Positions 19,824-30,234 of a stretch of DNA of 64,000 nt are shown here, piece by piece. The position numbers and the translations under genes were made by a program. The stretch comes from an uncultured delta proteobacterium (lineage in GTDB: Bacteria; Desulfobacterota; Desulfomonilia; Desulfomonilales; Desulfomonilaceae): contig CAWBKB010000001.1 in the NCBI GenBank assembly GCA_963789265.1, forward strand, positions 416,001 to 480,000, read 5' to 3'. The notes under the pieces are model-generated. The model was not told the origin of the DNA, did not search any database, and saw nothing but the letters and a program-made list of their open reading frames with translations. Position 1 is the stretch's first letter. Every line of letters starts with the position of its first letter.

Positions 19824-21923
19824 GTGAGGCATCTATTTTGGCCGTCATCGGTAGTAGTTATAGGCGTATCAACCAGGCCGGAAAACCTCGGTAAGGAGAT
19901 CGCCAGGAATCTCTTTGAATTCAGATACACGGGCGTGATCCATCTTGTGGGCCCACATGGAGGCGTCCTCTTCGGCCGTAAAATTCACCCATCCCTCGAT
20001 GAAATTACAGAGCCAATAGACTTGGCCGTGATCCTCACTCCTGCCAAAACGGTTCCGGGCATCATGGAACAGTGCGGCCGGAAAGGTATACGCCGGGTCA
20101 TCATAGAAAGCGGCGGATTCGGGGAGTTCGACGATGAAGGCCGAGAGGCCGGTGCTCGATTGAAGGCAATCGCGCAAGAATACGATCTCCGTTTCATAGG
20201 CCCAAATTGTATCGGGATAATGAACTCCTCGAACGGATTGGCCACGCCGTTCACCACTATGCAAAACGTGTTTCCACGCGGCCGAGTGGGCATAATTGCA
20301 CAAAGCGGCGGAGTTGCACTGTCTTTTCTTAATATGTTTCACAGCGAACAGTTAGGTTACAGCAAGTTTGCCGCCATAGGTAACAAACTGAATATCGACG
20401 AAAATGACCTCCTGGAATATTACATCGAAGATCCCGAGACTCACGTGATTTGCCTTTACCTCGAATCGGTCCACGACGGAAAGAGGTTCATAGAAATTGC
20501 CCGCCGGTCGCCGAAGCCGATCGTGGTGCACAAAGCTAATATCGGGGCGCTCAGTAAGGTGATCGCTCAGTCGCACACGGAAGCGCTCGCGGATGACGAT
20601 AGTGTGGTGGATGCGGCTTTTCGACAGGCCGGAATTGTAAGATTCAGGGATATGCAGAATTATCTGGATTTTGTAAAAATACTTCAGTTGCCGGCAATGA
20701 AGGGAAGAAACCTCGCAATTGTGTCCCGGTCGGGCGGGCACGCGGTTATTGCCGCGGATGCCGCATTCCTTCACGGTTTTCATCTGCCGCCGTTCGGCAA
20801 CGAGTTTCTCACCGAAATCCGCCAACATCTCCGGGCTGACGTGATACGTCTCGCTAATCCTCTCGATTTGGGCGATCTATTCGATTTTGACGTGTACGTC
20901 CGCATCATCGAGCATACCCTCAGGCAAGAAAACGTGGATGGTATTGTCTTTCTTCACACCTATTTCGCCGCGATCGAAGGTGAGTCTTCGCGCAAGCTGC
21001 TTCAGTCCGCGGCCTCTCTATCAGAGAAGTACACAAAGCCTGTGGCTTTGTGCGTATCGACCGAGCAATCCGAGCTTTCCCGCCTGCACGAAGAATTTGA
21101 GTTTCCCATATTCCTCAGCCCGGAGCGAGCAATATTGGCTTTGGACACCTCTATCAAGAACCAAGAACGCAAACTTGCCATATCGACTCGCCGGGACGTT
21201 CAGCAATCAGACCTTGCTGCAAAGGATGAGATTATTGCGAAGATTATTCGCGACGTTGCTGGAGCAAAGGGTCAGCCTCTATTGCACGAGGCGCTGAACA
21301 TCGTTGAAGCTGCGGGGCTACCGGTGCCGGATTACCGGACAATCACGAATCTCGAGCAGACCGACGAGCAACTCTCGGGCCTAACGGGGCCGTACGCTGT
21401 CAAGGTCATTGCGGGAACGCTTTCTCACAAATCCGACCAGGGTGGCGTGGCGCTTGGACTATCCGGCGGACCGGTTGTCCGCGGTGCAGTTGCAAACATG
21501 CTGGAGCGCTTCGGCTCGCCAGGTACAGGATTATACGGTGTGCTCGTACAGCAAATGGCCTCACGGGTTCCAGGATCCTTTGAGCTGATTGTGGGTGGCA
21601 AAAGAGATCCTAATTTCGGGCCTGTGGTTCTGTTGGGACACGGGGGCGTATTCGTAGAGGCTTTCAGCAAGATGTCTCTACGGATAGCGCCTCTATCGTC
21701 CGAAGAGATCGAGGAAATGATCGACGATCTGCCGGGATCGGAGATCTTCAAAGGCTTGCGTGGCCGAGCGCCGATCGACAGAGCATCCCTTAAGGATGCA
21801 ATCCTTCGCGTGGCCTATCTCATGGTTCGTTTCCCGGAAATTGACTCAATAGACATCAATCCGCTCCTGGTTTCAGAATCAGGGGCTCAGGCCATCGACG
21901 CGCGTATCTTCCTGAAGATTTGA
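19824..21923 (+). CDS. Acyl-CoA synthetase (NDP-forming), alpha-beta fusion
   Basis: CoA-binding N-terminus, GPNCIG, SHT, NPLDL, HKSDQGGV ATP-grasp, DINP. Confidence 0.92.
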   Translation: MRHLFWPSSVVVIGVSTRPENLGKEIARNLFEFRYTGVIHLVGPHGGVLFGRKIHPSLDEITEPIDLAVILTPAKTVPGIMEQCGRKGIRRVIIESGGFGEFDDEGREAGARLKAIAQEYDLRFIGPNCIGIMNSSNGLATPFTTMQNVFPRGRVGIIAQSGGVALSFLNMFHSEQLGYSKFAAIGNKLNIDENDLLEYYIEDPETHVICLYLESVHDGKRFIEIARRSPKPIVVHKANIGALSKVIAQSHTEALADDDSVVDAAFRQAGIVRFRDMQNYLDFVKILQLPAMKGRNLAIVSRSGGHAVIAADAAFLHGFHLPPFGNEFLTEIRQHLRADVIRLANPLDLGDLFDFDVYVRIIEHTLRQENVDGIVFLHTYFAAIEGESSRKLLQSAASLSEKYTKPVALCVSTEQSELSRLHEEFEFPIFLSPERAILALDTSIKNQERKLAISTRRDVQQSDLAAKDEIIAKIIRDVAGAKGQPLLHEALNIVEAAGLPVPDYRTITNLEQTDEQLSGLTGPYAVKVIAGTLSHKSDQGGVALGLSGGPVVRGAVANMLERFGSPGTGLYGVLVQQMASRVPGSFELIVGGKRDPNFGPVVLLGHGGVFVEAFSKMSLRIAPLSSEEIEEMIDDLPGSEIFKGLRGRAPIDRASLKDAILRVAYLMVRFPEIDSIDINPLLVSESGAQAIDARIFLKI

Positions 21924-22036
21924 ATGATTCTTGGATTCCGCGGCCTAGTTGGGAAACCCATCCACCTCTCGCACATCCTCTCGCGGTCTGCCGGACATCA
22001 GGGAGCGGGATGTCCGCTCCCAATTACTTGACCCCA

Positions 22037-22339
22037 TCATCCGCCAATATCGCCCGGAGAGACGTCCTGCCAAACGTCTTGATATATTGGCTTGAAACCT
22101 TTGAACTTCTCATCAAACTCAAACTTTTCGAGCTCCGGAGCAGCAGCGCATGTCGCTTTTAGCCGCCCGATTCTGTCCTCGAATTCTTCCAGAATCATGT
22201 GCAGTTCGTTGATATGAGGATAAACTTTCGACTTGTCACCTGTGGACGTCTTGTCGAATTTCTTCACGACCTCGTCGAGTTTGGCACGCCAGCCGGCGAG
22301 TTCTGTTACGAAGTTCTCGCAATATTGTTCAAGTTCCAT
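22037..22339 (-). CDS. Small conserved hypothetical protein
   Basis: AAGGAG RBS; YCENFVTELAGWRAK helical protein. Confidence 0.75.
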   Translation of the reverse strand: MELEQYCENFVTELAGWRAKLDEVVKKFDKTSTGDKSKVYPHINELHMILEEFEDRIGRLKATCAAAPELEKFEFDEKFKGFKPIYQDVWQDVSPGDIGG

Positions 22340-22690
22340 TGTTCTCACTCCTTATCTCTCTAAATTCGTCTGCGCATACTTACCATGCATATTCGTGCAG
22401 GTGCCGGTCTCATAATATTTAGATGCTGAGGAGTCGTTTTTGATTGTTTATCTCTCATGGTTCTCCAAAATCGTAATCAAATTACCGTTGCCGACCGTAC
22501 CACTGTCGTCAAAAATCGGCTGTCTCCACGGCTTCTTGTGCTTTCGGCCTTTGTTAAAGACCTCCAGGTGACATTTCCAACTGTCGATTCGGGAAACCCC
22601 ATTGTTTTCAGGCGTAACCCAAAAGGATCTTCTGATCCAGACTTGACCTTTCCCCCAAAATCATTGATAAAAAGGGCGGAGGACGAACCG

Positions 22691-23062
22691 TTGCCGAGAG
22701 TGCGAGTCATATTCTACAAAGACGATGATGGAACGGTTCCGATGGTCGAGTGGATAGAAAATCTTCAGAAGAAGCCCCGAGAAAAGAGTTTTGAATGGAT
22801 TGAGCGACTGAGAGCCTTTGGATACGAGCTGCACCGCCCCTATGCAGATACACTCAGAAACGGCATTCATGAACTTCGGTTCAGATTTCAGAGGGTCAAC
22901 TACCGAATGCTCTACTTCTTTCATGGCAGTTCCGCCGTAATCCTTACGCATGGGTTGACCAAAGAGAAAAATATCTCGGACAGCGAAATCGACCGTGCTC
23001 TGGGTCTGAAAAAGAGGTTTGAAGCCGATCCTGGAGCACACACTTTCTATTGGGAGCAATGA
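22691..23062 (+). CDS. RelE/ParE (Gp49-like) toxin
   Basis: LHRPYADTLRNGIHELR...YRMLYFFHG...LTHGLTKE; GGAGG RBS, TTG start. Confidence 0.88.
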   Translation: MPRVRVIFYKDDDGTVPMVEWIENLQKKPREKSFEWIERLRAFGYELHRPYADTLRNGIHELRFRFQRVNYRMLYFFHGSSAVILTHGLTKEKNISDSEIDRALGLKKRFEADPGAHTFYWEQ

Positions 23063-23415
23063 GGATGGGACAAAAGAAACTCAGTTCAGATGCTCATCAG
23101 TGGATGTACAACCGATACGTCAAAGATGATCCGGAAGCCCAGGCCTTTTTGGCAGAAGTGAAGGTTCAGGCCGATCTTGCCGGACAAATTTATTCTATCC
23201 GCAATAAGCTCCACATGACGAGGGAAGACCTGACCGAATATTCCGGCCTGACTCCGGAGATCATTGAAGACCTTGAAGAATCCGACTACGACGGCGACTG
23301 GGATGTGGCAATCAATCAAATCAACAGAGCCTTTCATGCCTGGATGTCAGACGTGATTATCCCCGTTTCCCGGATGACCCCGGATGACTACTCGGTGAAG
23401 GTTGTGAATGCGTGA
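23059..23415 (+). CDS. XRE-HTH antitoxin
   Basis: ATGA overlap with toxin; IYSIRNKLHMTREDL...LEESDYDG. Confidence 0.8.
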   Translation: MRMGQKKLSSDAHQWMYNRYVKDDPEAQAFLAEVKVQADLAGQIYSIRNKLHMTREDLTEYSGLTPEIIEDLEESDYDGDWDVAINQINRAFHAWMSDVIIPVSRMTPDDYSVKVVNA

Positions 23416-23465
23416 GGGTATGCGTGGCATGATAATTGGCCATTGGGTCGCAAAAGCCAGGTACA

Positions 23466-23801
23466 TCAAGTTCGGGCGTTGTCCCCGGTTGCCCGTTTCG
23501 TCGATGGGCGGACTCCCCACTCTTTCCAGAACGCTTCTACTTTGTCGCGCTCCAAGCCAATCTTTATGAACGCGGCCTCCAGCCGCGCTGCCTCTTCTTC
23601 CGCCTCTCCCGCTTCGATCTGGTGAACTAGATCCGCGTCTCTGAGCAGCCCTTGTCCAATGTAATATTTGATAACCGATTGATAGCCGGACATCTCCTTG
23701 AGACGAGCGATCTTTTTCAGTTTCTCCAGGAGGTCAATGGGCATCCTCATGGAAATGCTGGTGCTAGGACGATCCTTAGTAAGAACCAATTTCTTCTTCA
23801 T
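23466..23801 (-). CDS. BrnA/CopG-like RHH antitoxin
   Basis: TSISMRMPIDLLEKLKKIA...GYQSVIKYYI; downstream of BrnT. Confidence 0.8.
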   Translation of the reverse strand: MKKKLVLTKDRPSTSISMRMPIDLLEKLKKIARLKEMSGYQSVIKYYIGQGLLRDADLVHQIEAGEAEEEAARLEAAFIKIGLERDKVEAFWKEWGVRPSTKRATGDNART

Positions 23802-24099
23802 AACGTCCCCTTTCTTCAGGAGTAGCCTTTCGAGCGGAAATTATGCGCCAGGCATCTTGGCCGGCATCGGCAACCACGACAAGAATCGGGGTCGCCAGGT
23901 GTTCCGCGAGGGCGAAGGAAATGATTCCGAACCTCTGCTCGCCTTCTTTGTAGAGTTCCTCCGTTACCTGCACATCGTTTGCTACCGCTTGGGAGGCAAC
24001 CTCAAAAGAAATTCCGAGGTCGCGCAGGTTTCTGTCAGCCTTGTCGGAGTCCCACGAAAACCTGAATCCGTGAAACTCATACCAGACGTCACGTCCCAC
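23776..24099 (-). CDS. BrnT-family toxin
   Basis: FSWDSDKADRN...ISFEVA...RIISARKATPEER. Confidence 0.88.
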   Translation of the reverse strand: MGRDVWYEFHGFRFSWDSDKADRNLRDLGISFEVASQAVANDVQVTEELYKEGEQRFGIISFALAEHLATPILVVVADAGQDAWRIISARKATPEERGRYEEEIGSY

Positions 24100-24319
24100 A
24101 GTCTATCCTCCTGCATATACATTGTCAACGCATTCCGGGAAAAGTTCCTTATGGCAAAATCTAGCTATAAGCCCAGCATCGGGTCGATTCGTGATAGACG
24201 TACCGAGCCAACGGATGCCAAGGCTCCATGATAGCACCTCCTACCATTGAGACCGTGCCCCGGGTTGGGTATAATCGGGTCGTTTTTTCGCGAATTTAGA
24301 ATTCCTCAAGGAATCCAAC

Positions 24320-27286
24320 ATGCCTCACAGAATAGAAGTATGTTTGAAGTCGTCTCTGCCTGACCCCACGGGCCGCAGAATATCCGCACGCATCGCCTCG
24401 GACCTCGGGTTTGCGGTCGAAAATCTGCGTGTGGCGGACGAATTCATTATAGACCGTAGCCTTAGCCGCGGAGACCTCGAAACGCTTGTCGAAGAAGTCT
24501 TTCAAGATCCTGTCATACAAGACGCGGTGATAGATGAGCCGCTGGCAATACCGTTTGACTGGCTCATTGAGGTCGGCTTTCGGCCGGGCGTCACCGACAA
24601 TGTGGCGCGAACGGCACGCGAGGCTGTGGAAAGAACTTTGGGTGTGCAATTTCAGAGCGGGGAAGGGCTTTACACGCGTAAGCTCTATTTTATAAAGGGC
24701 AACATAACAAAATTGCGGGCTGAAGCCATAGCCAAAGACCTCCTTGCAAACGATCTGATCCAGACTCACACCGTCTTTGGTCCGAGGGATAATCGAAGCG
24801 CAATCACGGTTCCCCGAGTTACTGCCCATTCCAGCGTAGCAATACGTAGGATAGACCTGAATGTAAATGATGAGGAACTCCTCCGCATAAGCAGGGAAGG
24901 GGTGCTTGCTCTCAGCCTGGAAGAGATGCAGGCAATACGTGATTATTACGCAGGTCCCGAATTCCTTGAAAAACGCAGAGCAGCAGGTCTAGGCCCTGAA
25001 ACCACCGATTGCGAACTCGAAGTGCTGGCTCAAACATGGTCGGAGCATTGCAAGCACAAGATCTTCAACGCGTTGATCCAGTATCACGAAGCCGGCAAAT
25101 CCAGAGAAATTGACAGCCTCTTCCGGACCTGCGTCCAGGGATCCACCGAGAAGATTCGTGCCGAACTCGGGAAAAACGACTTCTGCCTGTCCGTGTTCAA
25201 GGACAATGCGGGTGTAATCCGGTTTGACGACGAATGGAACCTGGTGGTCAAAGTGGAGACGCATAACTCACCGTCTGCCTTGGACCCTTATGGCGGCGCT
25301 CTCACCGGCATAGTCGGAGTGAACCGAGACCCGTTCGGTACGGGAATGGGCTCACGCTTGATCTTCAATACGGATGTGTTCTGCTTTGCACCGCCCGACT
25401 TTAAAGGGACCATTCCTCCCAGGCTGCTCCATCCACGGCGTGTTTTCGAAGGGGTGCGGGAAGGGGTCGAGCACGGAGGGAACAAAAGCGGTATACCCAC
25501 AGTCAATGGAGCGGTGGTATTCGACGATCGCTACCTTGGTAAGCCTCTTGTCTACTGCGGAACAGGCGGGATCATGCCCGCTGAGATCAACGGTCGGCCG
25601 GCCCACGTCAAACGCGCCCGGCCCGGCGACCGCATTGTTATGACAGGCGGCCGCATCGGCAAAGACGGCATCCACGGGGCGACCTTTTCGTCCGAGGAAC
25701 TCCACGAAGGTTCGCCGGTGAGCGCAGTCCAGATCGGTGATCCTATCACTCAAAAACGAATGACGGACTTTCTGCTCGTTGCTCGCGACCGCGGGTTTTA
25801 TTCCTCGATTACGGATAACGGGGCAGGGGGGCTGTCTTCGTCGGTGGGTGAAATGGCTCGCGAATCCGGTGGAGCCAGGCTGCACCTTGACCGGGCCCCA
25901 CTCAAGTATCCCGGACTTCAGCCCTGGGAGATACTGCTTTCCGAGGCGCAGGAACGCATGACCGTTGCTGTTCCGCCGGAGAAGCTGGACGAGTTCCTTT
26001 CACTCGCGAAAACCCTCGATGTGGAAGCCACGGATCTGGGTGAGTACACCGACGACGGGCTTTTCACGGTGCTGTGGGAGGAACGGCCCGCCGCGGTCCT
26101 GCCGCTGGATTTTCTGCACGACGGGCTTCCCCGAATGCGCCTGACCGCGCGGTGGGACCAGAAAACCTGCCCTGAGCCCTCCTTCGGCGATCCCTCGGAC
26201 CTGACACCGGCACTGACGGAATTGATGGGCCGCTGGAATATCTGTTCCAAAGAGCGGCTGATCCGTCAGTACGACCACGAAGTACAAGGAGGTACCATAA
26301 TCAAGCCCCTGGTCGGTGTTCAGAACGACGGGCCGGCGGACGCGGCCGTGCTTCGGCCGCTATTGGACAGGTTTCGCGGTGTAGCGGTCGGGTGTGGTAT
26401 AGCACCGCGTTATTCAGATCTCGACACTTACTGGATGATGGCCGCGTGCATAGATGAGGCAGTCCGCAACATTGTGGCCGTAGGAGCCGATCCCGATCAG
26501 ATGGCAGGGCTCGACAACTTCTGCTGGTGCGATCCGGTTCAGTCCGAGAAAACACCGGACGGGGAATACAAGCTTGCTCAATTGGTCCGCGCAAATGAGG
26601 CGCTCTACGACATCACCACGGCGTATCGAATTCCTTGTATTTCCGGCAAAGACAGCATGAAGAACGATTATCATATAGGAGACACCAAAATCTCTATCCC
26701 TCCAACTGTGCTATTTACCGCGGTCGGGATCGTTCCTGACGTGAGACTTGCGGTTACCCCCGACTTCAAGCGAGCAGGGGACTCGATCTACGTTCTTGGC
26801 GTCACTCGTGACCAGACCGGAGGTTCCGAGTATTTCGCTTCTCGCGGGTTTTTGGGAAACAGAGTTCCAAAGGTGGCTGACCGGGCACTGGCCATAAACA
26901 TGTATCGAGCTTTGCATAGGGGCATAATATCCGGCCTGTTGGCTTCCTGCCACGACCTTTCCGATGGCGGACTTGGAGTTGCCCTAGCAGAAAGCGCGTT
27001 CGCCGGAGGCTTGGGCGTCCGACTTGCCCTTGGAAATTTGGCATTGGAAGATGTGCAGCGCAACGATGTGGCCCTGTTTTCAGAGACCCCGTGCCGCTTT
27101 CTAGTCAGTGTCTCTCAAGAGAAACGGATTGCGTTCGAAAGGACCATGAACGGATTCCCCGTGGCTTGCGTAGGAGAAGTTACAGAGGAGCCTCGAGTGA
27201 TTGTAACCGGGCTCGATGGAAACGCGGTTGTGGACGCGGCCATTTTGCGGCTGAAAAAGGCTTGGCAGGAGCCACTTGGCGTTTAA
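24320..27286 (+). CDS. purL: Phosphoribosylformylglycinamidine synthase PurL (with N-terminal PurS-like region)
   Basis: WSEHCKHK, KVETHNSPS, DNGAGG, SEAQERM, HDLSDGG. Confidence 0.96.
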   Translation: MPHRIEVCLKSSLPDPTGRRISARIASDLGFAVENLRVADEFIIDRSLSRGDLETLVEEVFQDPVIQDAVIDEPLAIPFDWLIEVGFRPGVTDNVARTAREAVERTLGVQFQSGEGLYTRKLYFIKGNITKLRAEAIAKDLLANDLIQTHTVFGPRDNRSAITVPRVTAHSSVAIRRIDLNVNDEELLRISREGVLALSLEEMQAIRDYYAGPEFLEKRRAAGLGPETTDCELEVLAQTWSEHCKHKIFNALIQYHEAGKSREIDSLFRTCVQGSTEKIRAELGKNDFCLSVFKDNAGVIRFDDEWNLVVKVETHNSPSALDPYGGALTGIVGVNRDPFGTGMGSRLIFNTDVFCFAPPDFKGTIPPRLLHPRRVFEGVREGVEHGGNKSGIPTVNGAVVFDDRYLGKPLVYCGTGGIMPAEINGRPAHVKRARPGDRIVMTGGRIGKDGIHGATFSSEELHEGSPVSAVQIGDPITQKRMTDFLLVARDRGFYSSITDNGAGGLSSSVGEMARESGGARLHLDRAPLKYPGLQPWEILLSEAQERMTVAVPPEKLDEFLSLAKTLDVEATDLGEYTDDGLFTVLWEERPAAVLPLDFLHDGLPRMRLTARWDQKTCPEPSFGDPSDLTPALTELMGRWNICSKERLIRQYDHEVQGGTIIKPLVGVQNDGPADAAVLRPLLDRFRGVAVGCGIAPRYSDLDTYWMMAACIDEAVRNIVAVGADPDQMAGLDNFCWCDPVQSEKTPDGEYKLAQLVRANEALYDITTAYRIPCISGKDSMKNDYHIGDTKISIPPTVLFTAVGIVPDVRLAVTPDFKRAGDSIYVLGVTRDQTGGSEYFASRGFLGNRVPKVADRALAINMYRALHRGIISGLLASCHDLSDGGLGVALAESAFAGGLGVRLALGNLALEDVQRNDVALFSETPCRFLVSVSQEKRIAFERTMNGFPVACVGEVTEEPRVIVTGLDGNAVVDAAILRLKKAWQEPLGV

Positions 27287-27459
27287 AGACTTTCCGCGAT
27301 CCTCTTGCTCTCAAGAGCGGTTTGCGCTAAAGAGGGGTACATGGGCATAGGCGTTAGAATAAGAAGGCACTTCGATGCTACCTCCTTTAGTAAAGGGAGG
27401 AAGGAGGATTTTGAATGCGAATCGGTATTAGATCCTGGAACGCATTTCGGTAGGAGACG

Positions 27460-29277
27460 ATGAACATCCTAGGAATTTCCGCATTTTATCACGACAGCGC
27501 GGCGTGCCTCATCAAGGACGGCGTTATTTTCGCGGCGGCACAGGAAGAGCGCTTTTCTCGAGTTAAACACGATCACGCTTTTCCCCACGAGGCGATAAAT
27601 TACTGCCTCGAAGAAGGCGGCCTGACTGCGAAAGATCTTGATTACGTTGCATTTTATGACAAGCCGCTAATTAAATTCGAGAGACTGCTCGAAACGTACA
27701 TATCTTTCGCTCCCAGGGGCTGGGCCTCATTCTTGATGGCCATGCCGTTGTGGCTCAAGCAGAAGCTGCACATTCCCAAACTCATCGGCAAGAGCCTGGG
27801 GTACGAAGGCAAGATCGTTTTTCCCGAGCACCACGAATCTCACGCGGCCAGCGCTTTCTTCCCGTCTCCCTATCAAAGAGCAGCGTTCCTGACCATGGAC
27901 GGGGTAGGCGAATGGGCTACCGCTAGCTTCGGCGTAGGAGAGGGAAATAAGATCCGAATTGATTACGAGATCAAGTTTCCTCATTCACTCGGCCTACTTT
28001 ATTCGGCTTTTACCTATTTTACCGGATTCAAAGTCAATTCCGGCGAATACAAGGTGATGGGACTAGCCCCGTACGGCGAGCCAAAGTATGTAGACGTGAT
28101 CCTTAAGGAGCTGATCGACATCAAGGACGACGGCTCCTTCAAGTTGAACATGGATTACTTCACTTACCCCTACGGCCTCACCATGACAGGCAGGGCTTTT
28201 GAGAAACTCTTCGGAGGCCCGGCTCGAAAGCCGGAGAGCAAGCTCACGCAGAGAGAAATGGATTTGGCCAAGTCTGTCCAGGTTGTCACCGAGGAAGTGA
28301 TGATCCGAACGGCCCGGCATATCCATAAACTTACCGGCGAGAAGCGCCTTTGTCTGGCCGGTGGAGTTGCTTTGAACTGCGTCGGCAACGGGCGCATCCT
28401 TCGAGAGGGACCCTTTGAGGAAGTATGGATCCAGCCTGCCGCAGGAGATGCAGGAGGAGCACTGGGAGCCGCTCTGTTCGTGTGGCATCAGCTTTTGGAT
28501 AAGGAAAGGGTTGTTGATGAGGTACACGATTTGCAAGTGGGCTCGTACCTGGGACCTGCTTATCGAGAAACCGAAATCAGAGCATTCCTCGATTCCAACA
28601 GCTATCCTTACGAGTACCTGGCGGATGGGCTTCTGCCCGCGACCGTCGCGGACCTGATCGCGCAGGGAAAAGTAATAGGGTGGTTCCAGGGACGCATGGA
28701 GTTCGGCCCTCGCGCACTCGGATCAAGGTCCATCATTGGAGATCCACGCAATCCGCAGATGCAGTCTCAGATGAACCTGAAGATCAAATACCGGGAGAGT
28801 TTCAGGCCGTTTGCTCCTTCAGTTCTTGCTGAGGAGGTCGGGCACTATTTCCAGTTGGACAGGCCCTCGCCGTACATGCTCCTCGTAGCATACGTGGATG
28901 AAAAGATCAGGCGCCGGATGACCGATGAGGAGGACCGTCTCTGGGGAATTGACAAGCTAAATGTGGCCCGCTCTGAAATCCCTGCTATCACTCACGTGGA
29001 TTATTCCGCCCGCATCCAGACGGTTCACAAGGAGACTAATCCGCTGTATCATGACACAATCAGCGCTTTCCAAGAAAAGACGGGTTGTCCTGTGGTAGTG
29101 AACACATCGTTCAATGTCCGTGGCGAGCCCATTGTCATGAGCCCGGAGCACGCGTATCTCTGCTTCATGCGAACCGAGATGGATTATCTCGTGTTGGGCC
29201 CCTTTCTGCTGGACAAGAAGAAGCAACCGGCTTTAAAAGACGATAAGGACTGGAGAAAGGAATTCAGTCTCGATTGA
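27460..29277 (+). CDS. NodU/CmcH-family O-carbamoyltransferase
   Basis: YHDSAA, QEERF, EHHESHAASA, GGVALNC, EFGPRALG, NTSFN. Confidence 0.95.
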   Translation: MNILGISAFYHDSAACLIKDGVIFAAAQEERFSRVKHDHAFPHEAINYCLEEGGLTAKDLDYVAFYDKPLIKFERLLETYISFAPRGWASFLMAMPLWLKQKLHIPKLIGKSLGYEGKIVFPEHHESHAASAFFPSPYQRAAFLTMDGVGEWATASFGVGEGNKIRIDYEIKFPHSLGLLYSAFTYFTGFKVNSGEYKVMGLAPYGEPKYVDVILKELIDIKDDGSFKLNMDYFTYPYGLTMTGRAFEKLFGGPARKPESKLTQREMDLAKSVQVVTEEVMIRTARHIHKLTGEKRLCLAGGVALNCVGNGRILREGPFEEVWIQPAAGDAGGALGAALFVWHQLLDKERVVDEVHDLQVGSYLGPAYRETEIRAFLDSNSYPYEYLADGLLPATVADLIAQGKVIGWFQGRMEFGPRALGSRSIIGDPRNPQMQSQMNLKIKYRESFRPFAPSVLAEEVGHYFQLDRPSPYMLLVAYVDEKIRRRMTDEEDRLWGIDKLNVARSEIPAITHVDYSARIQTVHKETNPLYHDTISAFQEKTGCPVVVNTSFNVRGEPIVMSPEHAYLCFMRTEMDYLVLGPFLLDKKKQPALKDDKDWRKEFSLD

Positions 29278-29329
29278 TCCCGGCGGGTCTGCTGCGGCGA
29301 GGCTTAAATGAGAAAGTTGTGTGACCGTG

Positions 29330-29770
29330 ATGAGCGTTATAGAAGACATAAAGAGTGAAATCAGATCGGCACAGAAGGAGCGGTCGAGCCGCGACCTTAC
29401 AATACTGGCGCTACTGTTCCTTTTAATCGGTGTGGGGCTAGGGGGATTGCAGGTCTTCTGGAAAGGCAACTCCACCGGCTGGTTTTGGATAAGCGCCGGC
29501 GTCATCCTGAGCGCCCTCAGGTTGATCACGCCGCTATTCAAGAAAGTTTACCGCTTCTGGCTGGCACTTTCGGTGATTTTGGGCTATTTTGTATCCAGAA
29601 TTCTGTTGACGATCATTTTTTTCGTCGTAATAACCCCTGTCAGCTTGATCTTTAGGATCACAGGCAAAGACCCCATGGAAAGGAAACTGGATCCCCAGGC
29701 AGATTCCTATTGGATGCGAAAAGAACAGGAAACGGATACAAGCGTAGAAAGATACGAGAGGCAATTTTAA
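29330..29770 (+). CDS. SxtJ-family membrane protein
   Basis: W...LGYFVSRILLTIIFFVVITP...KDPM...SYW...RQF. Confidence 0.85.
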   Translation: MSVIEDIKSEIRSAQKERSSRDLTILALLFLLIGVGLGGLQVFWKGNSTGWFWISAGVILSALRLITPLFKKVYRFWLALSVILGYFVSRILLTIIFFVVITPVSLIFRITGKDPMERKLDPQADSYWMRKEQETDTSVERYERQF

Positions 29771-29807
29771 TTGATGAAATGAAATCGCCTACAGAGGAGG
29801 AACCGGC

Positions 29808-29960
29808 ATGTCGTTGGTGAAAGAATTCTGGGATTTCATGAAAGTTCGCAAGAAGTTTTGGCTTGCCCCTATTTTGATTGTACTGGTCATATTGTCGGCT
29901 TTTGTTATTTTAGCCGCCAGTTCGCCGGTCGCGGCGCCTTTCATCTACACCCTTTTCTAG
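29808..29960 (+). CDS. SxtK/DUF5989-like small membrane protein (not in ORF track)
   Basis: MSLVKEFWDFMKVRKKFWLAPILIVLVILSAFVILAASSPVAAPFIYTLF; GGAGG RBS. Confidence 0.9.
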   Translation: MSLVKEFWDFMKVRKKFWLAPILIVLVILSAFVILAASSPVAAPFIYTLF

Positions 29961-30234
29961 GGGCTGAGCAAAAGTGGGACCTGGAGTCGTGCGGGAGTCT
30001 TCTTTCCGGAAGTTTTTCGCCGACTCCCCTTTTTGATCCGCTTGGCAAACCTTCAGGCAATGCCGGTGGTTGATGACCGGTGAATTGTCCCTGCCGCACG
30101 CGGCCACGTCAAGTGGTCTCCTCAAGGTTGGCTCGTGAGACCGGGCTTCGGAATATCCCCCACAATCACTAGTCCGACGTCGCGAGGTGAAGCTGCCAGG
30201 GAGGCCACGTACAACTATATCTCGGGAGGAACGG

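Noticed and set aside
27460..29960. Saxitoxin biosynthesis cluster
   Set aside because: Only sxtI/J/K-like genes are present; no sxtA, sxtG or other core genes
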